A stretch of DNA of 64,000 nt. Origin: Rhodobacter sp. (GTDB lineage Bacteria > Pseudomonadota > Alphaproteobacteria > Rhodobacterales > Rhodobacteraceae). Each line of letters opens with the position of its first letter. Within the stretch, counting starts at the first letter, position 1. The translations under genes and the position numbers were made by a program. Shown piece by piece: positions 49,400-59,473 of the stretch. A model generated the notes under the pieces. The model did not search any database. It was not told the origin of the DNA and saw nothing but the letters and a program-made list of their open reading frames with translations. The stretch covers positions 14,420 to 78,419 of the forward strand of contig JBGSQL010000092.1 in assembly GCA_041738105.1 (NCBI GenBank), given 5' to 3'.

Positions 49400-49674
49400 G
49401 CCTGTCCTTCGCACGTTCCGCAGTCCCATGTGCTACGCGACTTGCAGAAAGGCAATGCCGCGCAAATGCACATCCTTCCTATACAGAACTATCTACTTAT
49501 CGAAATGATAAAGTTGGAACAAAATGGTGCCAATTGGTGTAGTGGCGGAACTAATGCATTTCATCATACAGTTTCTTGGAACATTGTACTTGACCCTTCT
49601 CGTTCGGAACCCATGGCCCAGCCACCTTTTCCCGTGCGACGAAACTGTGCTTGGCGACCTGTTGCAGCAGGCCA

Positions 49675-49703
49675 TTGCACGGCATCGGGGCATCCCTTAA
49701 ATC
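49675..49703 (+). promoter_or_regulatory. Predicted promoter for a leaderless def mRNA
   Basis: TTGCAC-N17-TAAATC ends 6 bp before ATG 49710; no SD. Confidence 0.5.
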
Positions 49704-49709
49704 GTAGCC

Positions 49710-50243
49710 ATGATACGCCCGATCCTCATACATCCCGACCCACGCCTCAAGAAGCAGTGCGAACCCGTCGGTGAAGTTTCTGCCGAGATCAAGCGATTGG
49801 CAGAAGACATGCTGCAGACGATGTATGATGCCCCCGGTGTTGGCCTCGCGGCGCCTCAGGTTGGTGTGACAAAGCGCCTTCTGGTCATGGATTGCGTGAA
49901 AGATCCCGAGTTGCCACCGCGTCCGATGGTGTTGATCAACCCGGTGCTGACTTGGGCGTCAGAGGATGTGGCAACTTACGAAGAGGGGTGCCTGTCCATC
50001 CCCGACCAATTTGCCGAGATCGAGCGCCCGGCCGAAGTGCGCGTCCGCTGGACGGATCTTGATGGATCCGAGGTCGAAGAGTCGTTCTCCGGCTTGTGGG
50101 CAACCTGCGTGCAGCATGAGATGGATCACCTTGATGGCAAGCTCTTCATTGATTATCTGCGCCCCTTGCGACGCCAGATGATCACCCGGAAAATGGAAAA
50201 GCTGAAGCGTGATCGTGCCCGTGAAGCTGGTGTGCGCGTTTGA
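49710..50243 (+). CDS. def: Peptide deformylase (intact motifs)
   Basis: GVGLAAPQ, EGCLS, QHEMDH. Confidence 0.97.
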   Translation: MIRPILIHPDPRLKKQCEPVGEVSAEIKRLAEDMLQTMYDAPGVGLAAPQVGVTKRLLVMDCVKDPELPPRPMVLINPVLTWASEDVATYEEGCLSIPDQFAEIERPAEVRVRWTDLDGSEVEESFSGLWATCVQHEMDHLDGKLFIDYLRPLRRQMITRKMEKLKRDRAREAGVRV

Positions 50244-50467
50244 TGGGACGGCAGTCGACCCTGCACTGGCCTGATCCGTATCTGTCCACGAAATGTCTGT
50301 CTGCAATCCCGCGCGATCAACGTCGCAGGTTTGCCTTCGGCACGCTCGATGCGATGCATGCCGCGATCTGCGCCCAGCACGAAATAGATCATTTGAATGG
50401 CATCGGCACGCGTGACCACCGACCACCAGAAATCCGGCACACTGCATCGGCAAGGGTGCCGGCGTGA
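50240..50467 (+). pseudogene. Internally deleted peptide deformylase paralog
   Basis: Def-like N-terminus (LHWPDPYLSTKC..TLDAMHAA) fused directly to ICAQHEIDHLNGI; motifs 1 and 2 absent. Confidence 0.85.
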
Positions 50468-50967
50468 CCCTGCGCGCATTCATTCCGTTTCCGCATCCTG
50501 TGCTTCGCACCCGCGCCGCGTCTGTTCCGGATGTGACGGACGAGGTACATCGGATCTGGGCCGACATGATTGAAACCATGGATGCGATGCCGGGCTACGG
50601 CCTTGCGGCGCCTCAAATCGGGATCGGGTTGCGTCTCGCCGTGGTCGATTGCTCCGAGACGCGGGGGCAGGCGATCTGCCTTGCCAATCCCGAGATCCTC
50701 CATGCGTCTGGCCAGTTCCGCCAGCATGAAGAGGCTAGCCCGAACCTTCCGGGTGTCTCTGCGGTGGTCGAGCGTCCGCGAGCAGTCACTGTGCGCTTCT
50801 TGAATGCCAAGGGCGACATCGAGGAACGAGATTTTGTGGGCCTTTGGGCGACAAGTGTCCAGCACCAGGTCGATCATCTGGCAGGGCGAATGTACTTTGA
50901 TCACCTCTCCCCTTTGAAGCGCCGGATGCTGATTGCCCGCGCCCAGAAACTCAGGGCCAGGGCATGA
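50464..50967 (+). CDS. Peptide deformylase-like protein with degenerate active site
   Basis: GYGLAAPQ present, but EASPNL replaces EGCLS and QHQVDH replaces QHExDH. Confidence 0.9.
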   Translation: MTLRAFIPFPHPVLRTRAASVPDVTDEVHRIWADMIETMDAMPGYGLAAPQIGIGLRLAVVDCSETRGQAICLANPEILHASGQFRQHEEASPNLPGVSAVVERPRAVTVRFLNAKGDIEERDFVGLWATSVQHQVDHLAGRMYFDHLSPLKRRMLIARAQKLRARA

Positions 50968-51860
50968 GGGTTGTCTTCATGGGAACGCCCGAGTTCTCGG
51001 TTCCCTCTCTGCGGGCGCTGGCGTGTGAACACTTCATCGCATGTGTCTACACCCAACCGCCACGCCCTGCCGGGCGAGGCAAGAAAGACCGTGCATCGCC
51101 AATCCAGCAGGCCGCCGAAGAGATGGGCCTGCCGGTGCGCCATCCGACAGATCTCAGGTCGCCAGAGACCCAGGCCGAGTTTGCGGCGCTGGGCGCCGAT
51201 GTTGCTGTGGTCGTCGCCTATGGTTTGATCCTGCCGCAGCCGATCCTCGATTCGCCGCGCTATGGCTGCCTCAACATCCATGCGTCGCTTCTGCCGCGCT
51301 GGCGCGGCGCTGCACCGATCCACCGTGCCATCCTCGCGGGGGATGCCGAGACGGGTGTCTGCATCATGCGCATGGACGCGGGGCTCGATACTGGCCCCGT
51401 GTTGTTGCGCGCAACCACTGTGATCGAACCCGACGACACGACCGCTGATTTACATGATCGGCTGTCAATGATGGGTGCTGACCTGATCCTGCAGGCGTTG
51501 AATCGGTTGCCCGATCTGCCGGAACAGAGGCAAAGTGAACAAGGCATCACTTATGCGGCAAAGATCGAAAAGGCTGAGGCACGAGTCGACTGGTCACAAA
51601 GTGCCGCAGCGATAGATCGGCAGATCCGTGGGCTATCACCCTTTCCCGGGGCCTGGTGCAAGATTGGGGGTGAACGCGTCAAGCTTCTGCGTTCACGTCT
51701 GGCGCCAGGCAAGGGTGCGCCGGGCCAGGTCCTTGGCGAACTGAGGATCGCTTGCGGCACTGGCGCTATCGAAGTGGTGCAGCTGCAACGCGAAGGCCGG
51801 CGGCCGATGGATGCAACCGAGTTCCTGCGTGGCTTTACGCTGCCCGATCAAGTGGAATGA
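50964..51860 (+). CDS. fmt: Methionyl-tRNA formyltransferase
   Basis: [37 protein letters not shown]. Confidence 0.98.
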   Translation: MRVVFMGTPEFSVPSLRALACEHFIACVYTQPPRPAGRGKKDRASPIQQAAEEMGLPVRHPTDLRSPETQAEFAALGADVAVVVAYGLILPQPILDSPRYGCLNIHASLLPRWRGAAPIHRAILAGDAETGVCIMRMDAGLDTGPVLLRATTVIEPDDTTADLHDRLSMMGADLILQALNRLPDLPEQRQSEQGITYAAKIEKAEARVDWSQSAAAIDRQIRGLSPFPGAWCKIGGERVKLLRSRLAPGKGAPGQVLGELRIACGTGAIEVVQLQREGRRPMDATEFLRGFTLPDQVE

Positions 51861-51940
51861 TCCGCTGCGAGACGTCCTCGACGAACGGTTTTGCATGAAG
51901 CCCCAAACGGCGCTACGCTGAATCGCATTGGAGGAAGGTC

Positions 51941-52177
51941 ATGCCGATTGTCGTTCTTGTTATCATCGGTGCAGCGGCGGGTTTTCTCGCCACCCGGTTC
52001 ATGCGTGTCCAGACAGATGTACCGACCACCATCGTGATCGGAATTGCCGGTGCCGTCATAGGCGGGTTCGTGCTGCGCTTCCTGATCACGATCACTGGGT
52101 GGATGGCTGGCTTTGTTGGCGCCCTTCTGGGGGCGATGTTGTTGATATGGCTATGGAAAACATACATTCAGCGCTAG
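51941..52177 (+). CDS. GlsB/YeaQ/YmgE family membrane protein
   Basis: IIGAAAGFLA..IGIAGAVIGG..GALLGAMLL; GGAGG RBS; TTGCAT-N17-TACGCT upstream. Confidence 0.88.
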   Translation: MPIVVLVIIGAAAGFLATRFMRVQTDVPTTIVIGIAGAVIGGFVLRFLITITGWMAGFVGALLGAMLLIWLWKTYIQR

Positions 52178-52180
52178 GGA

Positions 52181-52702
52181 TCAGGATAGGCGCTTGATTG
52201 CATCCTTCAACTTGAAGCCGCGCCCTCCCGCCAATGACCACAGCGCCTGACCGTGCCATGCACAGAACAGCATTGTCGCCGCCTCACGACCCTTGGCACC
52301 ACCTCCAAGGCGGGTCGCAAGGCTGGCCTCGACCATCTCTCGCCATTGCAAGGCACGTCGGCGCAGGGCGGGATCCCGAAAATCCGCCGCCAGCACTGTA
52401 AGGTCGACCAGCTCGTCATCCTTGCCCGACAGCGCCTTGAGAAACTGCACGGCTCCCTTGGGCGAAATCGCGGTTTCCGCGGCCACTTGCGCGGTCCGGG
52501 CCTCCAGTTCGTCCCATGTAGCCATCAAGGCTGCCCGCAACATGGCATCCCGGGAACCATAGCGCTGCACCAGCGTCGGGGCAGCCAGCCCTGTCGACTG
52601 CGCTACTGATGAAAAGGCCACAGCCTTTTCCCCGCCCCGTGCCAGCATCTGGCGGATGGCGGCGAAAATCTCTGCGTCGGGGATTGTTCTCTTGCGACCC
52701 AT
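52181..52702 (-). CDS. TetR-like transcriptional regulator
   Basis: MGRKRTI.D, HTH VAQSTGLAAPTLVQRYGSRD. Confidence 0.85.
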   Translation of the reverse strand: MGRKRTIPDAEIFAAIRQMLARGGEKAVAFSSVAQSTGLAAPTLVQRYGSRDAMLRAALMATWDELEARTAQVAAETAISPKGAVQFLKALSGKDDELVDLTVLAADFRDPALRRRALQWREMVEASLATRLGGGAKGREAATMLFCAWHGQALWSLAGGRGFKLKDAIKRLS

Positions 52703-52711
52703 GCAACGAAC

Positions 52712-52727
52712 ATAAACAAATGTTTGT
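52712..52727. promoter_or_regulatory. Palindromic operator candidate just upstream of the TetR gene
   Basis: ATAAACA-AA-TGTTTGT (one mismatch), AT-rich, 10 bp from the start codon. Confidence 0.6.
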
Positions 52728-52750
52728 AATTTGCAAAGGTCGTTGTGCGT

Positions 52751-53431
52751 TCAGCGTTTCGGGGATTGTGGTCTGGGCGGGCGTGTCTTGTAAACCGGCA
52801 GGCGCCAGCCAAACCCAAGACTGCCAGCCCGCAAGATGAAGGTCGAAGCCGTGCAGACGGCCAGCGCCGTTGCGCTGTCACCACCGACGAGTTGCACCAG
52901 CACCGCTCCGACCGCGCCGGCAAGGGCAGCCGTCGCGTACAACTCGCCTTGCTTCAACACCAGCGGCACTTCGTTGCAAACCACATCGCGCATGAGCCCG
53001 CCCATGCACCCAGTGATCATTCCCGAAACCAGCACCAGCGGCCAAGCCATTCCCTGACCAAGCGCCACGCCGACCCCGGCCGGAACAGCGACCGCAAGGG
53101 CACAGGCATCCAGCCAGAGCAGCGCCCGATAGCGACTTTCAAGCAGATGCGCTGTAAAGAACACCAGCACCGCTGCAAGCGTCGCTGCCAGCAGCAATGC
53201 AGGCGTTCCGATCCAGAACACGGGGCGGTCCAGCAGCAGATCGCGGATCGTTCCGCCACCAACCGCAGTCAGACAGGCGATAAAGATGAACCCGACGATG
53301 TCCAGTTGGGAACGGCTGGCAACCAGCGCGCCGGTCAGGGCAAAGACCACGACGGACGCATAATCCAGCGCATCGGTCAGCCTGTCGGCCTGCAAGATCT
53401 GATGTGCGATCTCTGCAATCGGGGTGGTCAA
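52751..53431 (-). CDS. UPF0126 / TRIC channel family membrane protein
   Basis: [34 protein letters not shown] repeat pair; start approximate. Confidence 0.9.
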   Translation of the reverse strand: MTTPIAEIAHQILQADRLTDALDYASVVVFALTGALVASRSQLDIVGFIFIACLTAVGGGTIRDLLLDRPVFWIGTPALLLAATLAAVLVFFTAHLLESRYRALLWLDACALAVAVPAGVGVALGQGMAWPLVLVSGMITGCMGGLMRDVVCNEVPLVLKQGELYATAALAGAVGAVLVQLVGGDSATALAVCTASTFILRAGSLGFGWRLPVYKTRPPRPQSPKR

Positions 53432-53895
53432 GCGGGGGCCTTTCCGGCCTTGAATGGCGCCATGCCGGCCCGTGCCAGCGCATCGGCGCGCTCGTTCTCT
53501 GCATGACCGGCGTGCCCCTTGATCCAGCGCCAGTCCACCCTGTGCCGCGCCTGCGCTGCATCAAGGCGCTGCCACAGATCGACGTTCTTCACGGCAGGCC
53601 CACCGGCAGTGCGCCAACCCCTGCGTTTCCAGCCCGCCATCCAGTCCGTTATGCCGTTCTTTACATAGGCACTGTCGGTAACGATCGTGATTTCGGTCGA
53701 TCGCGCCAACGCTTCAAGCGCCGAGATCGCTGCCAGAAGTTCCATGCGGTTGTTTGTCGTCATCGCTTCCCCGCCGCACAACTCGCGCTCTTTGACGACA
53801 CGGCCATCCTTGCGCGCCAGCATCAAGACACCCCATCCGCCCGGCCCCGGGTTCCCCGAACAGGCGCCATCGGTGTAGGCGAAGAGTTCTGGCAT
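53428..53895 (-). CDS. rnhA: Ribonuclease HI
   Basis: [42 protein letters not shown]. Confidence 0.98.
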   Translation of the reverse strand: MPELFAYTDGACSGNPGPGGWGVLMLARKDGRVVKERELCGGEAMTTNNRMELLAAISALEALARSTEITIVTDSAYVKNGITDWMAGWKRRGWRTAGGPAVKNVDLWQRLDAAQARHRVDWRWIKGHAGHAENERADALARAGMAPFKAGKAPA

Positions 53896-53904
53896 GTGCA
53901 CCCG

Positions 53905-54354
53905 TCAGATCCAGAGTGGAGCAAGACAGAGCAGCACGATGGCTGTCAACCCGATACGCAGATGCATCCACCACTCCGGGGCAAGGCCCTGCCGCCAGAA
54001 CGCCCAGTCCAGCGCAAGCAGGCCCGCAAAACCCGCCGATAGGTATATCGCGGCTGAAATCGGGCCACCCCCGACAAAGAAGAACGCCCAAAGCGCGGGG
54101 ATAACCGACAGAGCATATCCATATGCGGCTTCGGTCCCTGTTGCCTTCGTGGCAAAGCCCCAAAGTGTGCCCGACATGAAGGCAAGTATGACTGACCCAT
54201 ACGACAACGATACATAGGGCCCGACAAATCGCGCACCGAGCATCCCTGCACCCCAGTCACCCAGTGCGGGGGACACCACTGTCAGCGCGCCCCAAACGAA
54301 TGGAACGAGGCCCGCCAGGCCAAGGATCAGTGCAGCGCGCGGAATGGCCGTCAT
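53905..54354 (-). CDS. DUF3429 family membrane protein
   Basis: LGLAGLVPF, YGSVILAFMSGTLWG, PEWWMHLR. Confidence 0.85.
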   Translation of the reverse strand: MTAIPRAALILGLAGLVPFVWGALTVVSPALGDWGAGMLGARFVGPYVSLSYGSVILAFMSGTLWGFATKATGTEAAYGYALSVIPALWAFFFVGGGPISAAIYLSAGFAGLLALDWAFWRQGLAPEWWMHLRIGLTAIVLLCLAPLWI

Positions 54355-54497
54355 GTCGCCTGCCTTTCAACCCGCACGAAACGCGCCGCACGACGAAACA
54401 ACACGAGTCCCACACCAGACAAAAGTTGCCACCTTGCCTGGCCAAACTGGCCAAACCATATCCGTGCGCTGGCCAGATTTCTTTGTTGTTCTACCGT

Positions 54498-55448
54498 TCA
54501 TTTTGGCTCGCGCAGCACGCGGGGCACTTTGAATTCGACGTTTTCCCGCGCCGTCTCCACAAGTTCAACGCAAACGCTGAAACGGTCGCGGAACGCCTCC
54601 AGAACCTCGTCAACCAGCAACTCCGGCGCGCTTGCGCCGGCCGTGATGCCAACCTTCCGTGTTCCTGCGAGTGCCCGCCAGTCGATCTCGGTCGCACGCT
54701 GGATCAGTTGCGCGTACGCACAGCCTGCGGCACGGCCAACCTCGACAAGACGGCGAGAGTTTGACGAATTTGGCGCTCCGATAACCAAAAGCGCATCAAT
54801 CTGCGGTGCAATCTGCTTTACCGCCGCCTGACGGTTCGTGGTGGCATAGCAGATGTCTTCCTTGTGCGGGCCGATGATCCCCGGAAACCGTGCTTGCAGC
54901 GCAGCCACGATCTCGGCTGTGTCATCGACGCTCAGCGTCGTTTGCGTAATGAAGGCGAGCTTGGAAGGATCTCGCACTTGCAACTGGGCGACGTCTTCCA
55001 CTGTCTCGACAAGCAAGACTTCGCCCGCAGGCAACTGGCCCATGGTGCCAATTGTCTCGGGATGGCCGTCATGGCCGATCATCACCATCTGAAGCCCTGC
55101 TTCGTGGTGGCGCTCGGCTTCGAGGTGCACTTTGCTGACCAAAGGGCACGTCGCATCGACAAAGACCATCTCGCGCCGCGCTGCCTCTGCCGGCACGGCT
55201 TTCGGCACACCATGCGCTGAAAAGATCACGGGGCGATCCAGCGGAACCTCGTCAAGTTCCTCGACAAAAACCGCTCCCCGGCTCTGCAGCTCTTCGACGA
55301 CATACTTATTGTGAACGATCTCGTGGCGCACATAAACCGGTGCCCCCCATTTCTCGATCGCCAGCTCGACGATCTTGATCGCCCGATCAACGCCAGCGCA
55401 AAAGCCACGCGGAGCAGCAAGATACAGGGTCAGGGGCGGCTTCGTCAT
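54498..55448 (-). CDS. ispH: 4-hydroxy-3-methylbut-2-enyl diphosphate reductase
   Basis: [42 protein letters not shown]; start ATG 55448. Confidence 0.97.
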   Translation of the reverse strand: MTKPPLTLYLAAPRGFCAGVDRAIKIVELAIEKWGAPVYVRHEIVHNKYVVEELQSRGAVFVEELDEVPLDRPVIFSAHGVPKAVPAEAARREMVFVDATCPLVSKVHLEAERHHEAGLQMVMIGHDGHPETIGTMGQLPAGEVLLVETVEDVAQLQVRDPSKLAFITQTTLSVDDTAEIVAALQARFPGIIGPHKEDICYATTNRQAAVKQIAPQIDALLVIGAPNSSNSRRLVEVGRAAGCAYAQLIQRATEIDWRALAGTRKVGITAGASAPELLVDEVLEAFRDRFSVCVELVETARENVEFKVPRVLREPK

Positions 55449-55578
55449 CGGGGGCCTCGGGGTGGTGCGCACTGACCAAAGACCTAGAGCCTGGGTCGCC
55501 TGCCGTCCATAGCCATGGCCGCAAACGCGCCCCGCCGAAACCCGACGGGCAAAGGCGGCCGAACCCGCCTCTGCCATG

Positions 55579-56157
55579 TTACTTGACGCTGACGGCAAGA
55601 TCCTCGCGATCGACCATGGCGCGGGGTTCGCGCGGGGGCCGGCCAATCACGTCACGCAACTCATCCAGTTCAATGAAGTTGTCAGCCTGACGTCGCAATT
55701 CGTCAGCGATCATTGGCGGCTGGCTGCGGATGGTCGAAACCACGGAAACGCGCACACCCTGTCGTTGCAGGCTTTCGACAAGTGGGCGAAAGTCGCCGTC
55801 GCCAGAGAACAAGACGATGTGATCGACGCGCGGCGCAAGTTCCATGGCATCGACGGTCAGTTCGATATCCATGTTTCCTTTCACCTTCCGGCGGCCTTGG
55901 CTGTCGGTGTATTCCTTCGCGGGCTTCGTCACCATGGTGAAGCCGTTGTAGTGCAACCAATCAACCAGCGGCCGGATCGGCGAATAGTCGTCATTCTCAA
56001 GCAGGGCAGTGTAATAGAAGGCGCGCAACAGCTTGCCGCGTCGCATGAATTCCTGACGAAGAAGCTTGTAGTCGATGTCGAACCCCAGCGCCCGCGCGGC
56101 TGCATACAGGTTGGACCCACCGATGAACAGCGCCAGCCGATCATCCTTGTAGAACAT
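55579..56157 (-). CDS. NYN/LabA (DUF88) PIN-fold protein; first conserved Asp replaced by Gly
   Basis: FIGGSNLY (family pattern FIDGxNL), [24 protein letters not shown]. Confidence 0.92.
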   Translation of the reverse strand: MFYKDDRLALFIGGSNLYAAARALGFDIDYKLLRQEFMRRGKLLRAFYYTALLENDDYSPIRPLVDWLHYNGFTMVTKPAKEYTDSQGRRKVKGNMDIELTVDAMELAPRVDHIVLFSGDGDFRPLVESLQRQGVRVSVVSTIRSQPPMIADELRRQADNFIELDELRDVIGRPPREPRAMVDREDLAVSVK

Positions 56158-56299
56158 ATCCGTTCCTCTCAAAATATCATTTCGCCAATCGAACTGCCGT
56201 AACCAATCACCAGGTGCCCTAGAAAAAACGATGGCGCATACCGACACATATCATTCATGATCGAGGCTGCGACAAGACGAACTATACGAAAGATTACCA

Positions 56300-56878
56300 T
56301 TGGTTGCCCTTACGGAAAAGAAAACACTCGTCGCCCTGGGCGCGAACCTGCCGAACAACGATCAGCTTCCGCGTGTGACACTTTCTCACGCCCTTGTCAC
56401 GCTCGGCGAACGTGGGCTTCGCGTTGCCGCTGTCAGCCGGTTCTTTGCGACACCGTGCTTCCCGGCGGGGCGGGGGCCGGATTATGTCAACGCTGCGGCG
56501 CTGCTTGAAACGCCGGTCGGGATGCAGCCCGATGAAATTCTTGCTCACTTGCTAGCCGTCGAAAATTTGCATGGGCGCAAGCGCGCGCGCCGCTGGGGGA
56601 TGAGGACGCTCGATCTTGATCTAATTGCCTGGGGCGATGCGGTGCTGCCAGATCGTGCGACCCAGGATCACTGGCGACTTCTGGACCCCGCGCTGCAGGC
56701 AAAGGCCGCGCCCGACCGCCTTGTGCTGCCCCATCCGCGCCTTCAGGACCGGGCGTTCGTACTGGTGCCCCTGGCAGATATCGTCCCCGAGTGGCGTCAC
56801 CCCGTGCTGGGGTTGACCGTCACGGAAATGCTCATGGCCCTGCCGTCGGCCGATCGCGAAGCGGTTACGCCAATTTAG
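56300..56878 (+). CDS. folK: 2-amino-4-hydroxy-6-hydroxymethyldihydropteridine diphosphokinase
   Basis: VALGANL, YVNAA, RWGMRTLDLDL, PHPRLQDRAFVL.PL; start approximate. Confidence 0.94.
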   Translation: MVALTEKKTLVALGANLPNNDQLPRVTLSHALVTLGERGLRVAAVSRFFATPCFPAGRGPDYVNAAALLETPVGMQPDEILAHLLAVENLHGRKRARRWGMRTLDLDLIAWGDAVLPDRATQDHWRLLDPALQAKAAPDRLVLPHPRLQDRAFVLVPLADIVPEWRHPVLGLTVTEMLMALPSADREAVTPI

Positions 56879-56956
56879 GTCATTCTGTGCTTGTCAAGGC
56901 TTTTGACTGGCCTTACATAGACGCCTTCATGCCCCCGATCCGAATTGGAGTTGCCC

Positions 56957-57310
56957 ATGGCCCGCGTGACGGTCGAAGATTGCGTTGACAAGGTTCCGAA
57001 CCGGTTCGAACTGGTGATGCTCGCCGCACACCGCGCGCGCGAAATTCAGGCAGGGTCGCCGATAACGATCGACCGCGACAACGACAAGAACCCGGTCGTG
57101 TCGCTGCGCGAGATTGCCGAAGAAACGCAAAGCGCCGCCGCGCTGCGCGAACGGATGATCGAAAGCCACCAGACGCAGATCGAGGTCGACGAACCGGAAG
57201 AAGACCAGATGGCGCTTCTGATGGGCGGCGAGGTCGATCGCCCCATGGCGGATGACATGTCCGAAGAGAAACTGCTTCGCGCACTGATGGAAGCCCAGGG
57301 GCAGAACTGA
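56957..57310 (+). CDS. rpoZ: RNA polymerase omega subunit
   Basis: [40 protein letters not shown]. Confidence 0.98.
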   Translation: MARVTVEDCVDKVPNRFELVMLAAHRAREIQAGSPITIDRDNDKNPVVSLREIAEETQSAAALRERMIESHQTQIEVDEPEEDQMALLMGGEVDRPMADDMSEEKLLRALMEAQGQN

Positions 57311-57344
57311 TCCCGGATCGGATCCGGGACGGGGTGGAACGAGG

Positions 57345-59462
57345 ATGATCGATGTCGAAGACCTGATCGCCCTCGTCCGCAACTACAACCCGCGCACGAA
57401 CGATGATCTGATCCGCCGGGCCTATGCCTATGGCAAGGCGATGCACGCCGGCCAATTGCGCCAATCTGGCGAGCTGTATTTTACCCATCCTGTTGCGGTT
57501 GCGGCAATTCTCACTGAACAACGGCTCGATGATGCAACGATCGTGACAGCGCTGCTGCACGACACCATCGAGGATACCAAATCCACCTATTCCGAGGTTG
57601 CTCGCCAGTTCGGCGATGAGGTGGCAGAACTGGTCGATGGCGTGACCAAGCTGACCAACCTGCAGCTTTCCTCTACCCAGTCCAAGCAGGCCGAGAACTT
57701 TCGCAAACTGTTCATGGCGATGTCCAAGGATTTGCGGGTCATCTTGGTCAAGCTTGCCGACCGGCTGCACAACATGCGCACCATCAAAAGCATGCAGCCG
57801 GAAAAACAGGCCCAGAAGGCGCGCGAGACGATGGAAATCTTCGCTCCGCTTGCCGGTCGGATGGGCATGCAATGGATGCGCGAAGAACTGGAAGATCTGG
57901 CCTTCCGTGTCCTGAACCCAGATGCTCGCAACTCGATTATTCGTCGATTCATCACGCTGCAGCGCGAAACCGGCGATGTCGTGCACAAGATCACGGCGGA
58001 CATTCGTCTTGAACTCGACAAGGCGCAGATCGAGGCGGATGTCTACGGGCGCGCGAAGAAGCCCTACTCGATCTGGCGCAAGATGCAGGAAAAGGATCTG
58101 GCGTTCTCGCGCCTGTCCGACATCTACGGCTTTCGGGTGATCTGTGGCTCCGAGGCGGACTGCTATCGGATCCTTGGCGTGATCCATCAGCGTTGGCGTG
58201 CCGTGCCGGGTCGGTTCAAGGACTACATCAGCCAGCCAAAGACCAACGGCTATCGTTCGATCCACACCACGGTCTCGGGTCGTGACGGCAAGCGGGTCGA
58301 GGTGCAGATCCGCACCCGGCAGATGCATGAAGTGGCCGAGGCAGGCGTTGCCGCACATTGGTCCTACCGCGACGGCGTCCGCGCAAAGAACCCCTTTGCC
58401 GTCGATCCCGCCAAGTGGATCGCCTCGATGACCGAACGCCTTGACGAGGATGATCACGACGAGTTTCTCGAAAACGTCAAACTCGAGATGTACTCCGATC
58501 AGGTGTTCTGCTTTACGCCGAAGGGCGATGTGGTGCAGTTGCCCAGAGGAGCCACGCCGCTGGATTATGCCTATGCCATTCACACCCGGATCGGGAACTC
58601 CTGTGTGTCTGCAAAGGTCGACGGTATCCGCGTTCCATTGTGGACACGCCTGAAGAATGGCCAGTCCGTCGAGATCATCACGGCTGAGGGCCAGAACCCG
58701 CAGGCAAGCTGGATCGACATCGTCACAACGGGCCGTGCCAAGGCTGCGATCCGGAAATCGCTCCGCGAGGAAGACCGAGGGCGATTCGTCAAACTGGGGT
58801 ACGAACTCGCCCGCGCCGCTTTTGACCATATCGGCAAGAAAGCCACCGACAAGGCTCTGCGAACGGCGGCCAAAACCCTTGGGCTGGCTGATGAGCAGGA
58901 TCTTCTGGCGCGTCTGGGCAGTGCTGAACTGACTGCCCGGCGGGTTGTGGAAACCCTGTATCCCGAGCTTGTCCTCGGCTCGACCGATGAGGTCGATGTG
59001 CAGCGCCCGGTGGTTGGCCTTGGGGCTGACCAGACGTTCCGAAGGGCGGGCTGCTGCCAACCCGTCCCGGGCGAGCGGATCGTGGGCATCACCTATCGCG
59101 GCACAGGGGTTGTGATTCACGCTATAGATTGCCCTGCGTTGGAAGAGTTCGAGGAGCAGCCCGCGCGTTGGGTCGATCTGCATTGGCACGCGGGCCGCCA
59201 TCCCGCTGTCTATACCGTCAGCCTCGAGATCACGATCTCGAATGATGCAGGCGTGCTTGGCCGGATCTGCACCCTGATCGGCGAGCAGAAGGCGAACATC
59301 AGTGACCTGCGGTTTACCGACCGCAAGCCCGACTATTATCGGCTGATCGTCGATGTGGATTTGCGCGATGTCGAACATCTGCACATGGTCATGACCGCGC
59401 TTGAGGCGGAAACCGATGTGGCGCAAATTGCGCGGCACCGCGACCTCAGCCGCAAGCCCTGA
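57345..59462 (+). CDS. spoT: Bifunctional (p)ppGpp synthetase/hydrolase (Rsh)
   Basis: HD hydrolase LLHDTIED, KLADRLHNMRT, RFKDYI, TGS (FTPKG), CC and ACT domains. Confidence 0.97.
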   Translation: MIDVEDLIALVRNYNPRTNDDLIRRAYAYGKAMHAGQLRQSGELYFTHPVAVAAILTEQRLDDATIVTALLHDTIEDTKSTYSEVARQFGDEVAELVDGVTKLTNLQLSSTQSKQAENFRKLFMAMSKDLRVILVKLADRLHNMRTIKSMQPEKQAQKARETMEIFAPLAGRMGMQWMREELEDLAFRVLNPDARNSIIRRFITLQRETGDVVHKITADIRLELDKAQIEADVYGRAKKPYSIWRKMQEKDLAFSRLSDIYGFRVICGSEADCYRILGVIHQRWRAVPGRFKDYISQPKTNGYRSIHTTVSGRDGKRVEVQIRTRQMHEVAEAGVAAHWSYRDGVRAKNPFAVDPAKWIASMTERLDEDDHDEFLENVKLEMYSDQVFCFTPKGDVVQLPRGATPLDYAYAIHTRIGNSCVSAKVDGIRVPLWTRLKNGQSVEIITAEGQNPQASWIDIVTTGRAKAAIRKSLREEDRGRFVKLGYELARAAFDHIGKKATDKALRTAAKTLGLADEQDLLARLGSAELTARRVVETLYPELVLGSTDEVDVQRPVVGLGADQTFRRAGCCQPVPGERIVGITYRGTGVVIHAIDCPALEEFEEQPARWVDLHWHAGRHPAVYTVSLEITISNDAGVLGRICTLIGEQKANISDLRFTDRKPDYYRLIVDVDLRDVEHLHMVMTALEAETDVAQIARHRDLSRKP

Positions 59463-59473
59463 GGGTCGGGCTG

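Noticed and set aside
48341-49774. 477-aa plus-strand ORF crossing malY and the AT-rich island
   Set aside because: Mostly antisense to malY/patB, no recognisable domain, ends out of frame inside def
54438-54477. CTGGCCAAA tandem pair plus a third partial copy
   Set aside because: Simple 9-bp duplication in a spacer; no regular array or unique spacers
56913-59438. 841-aa minus-strand ORF
   Set aside because: Antisense shadow of rpoZ-spoT; no motifs; long stop-free antisense frames are expected with GC-rich codon bias
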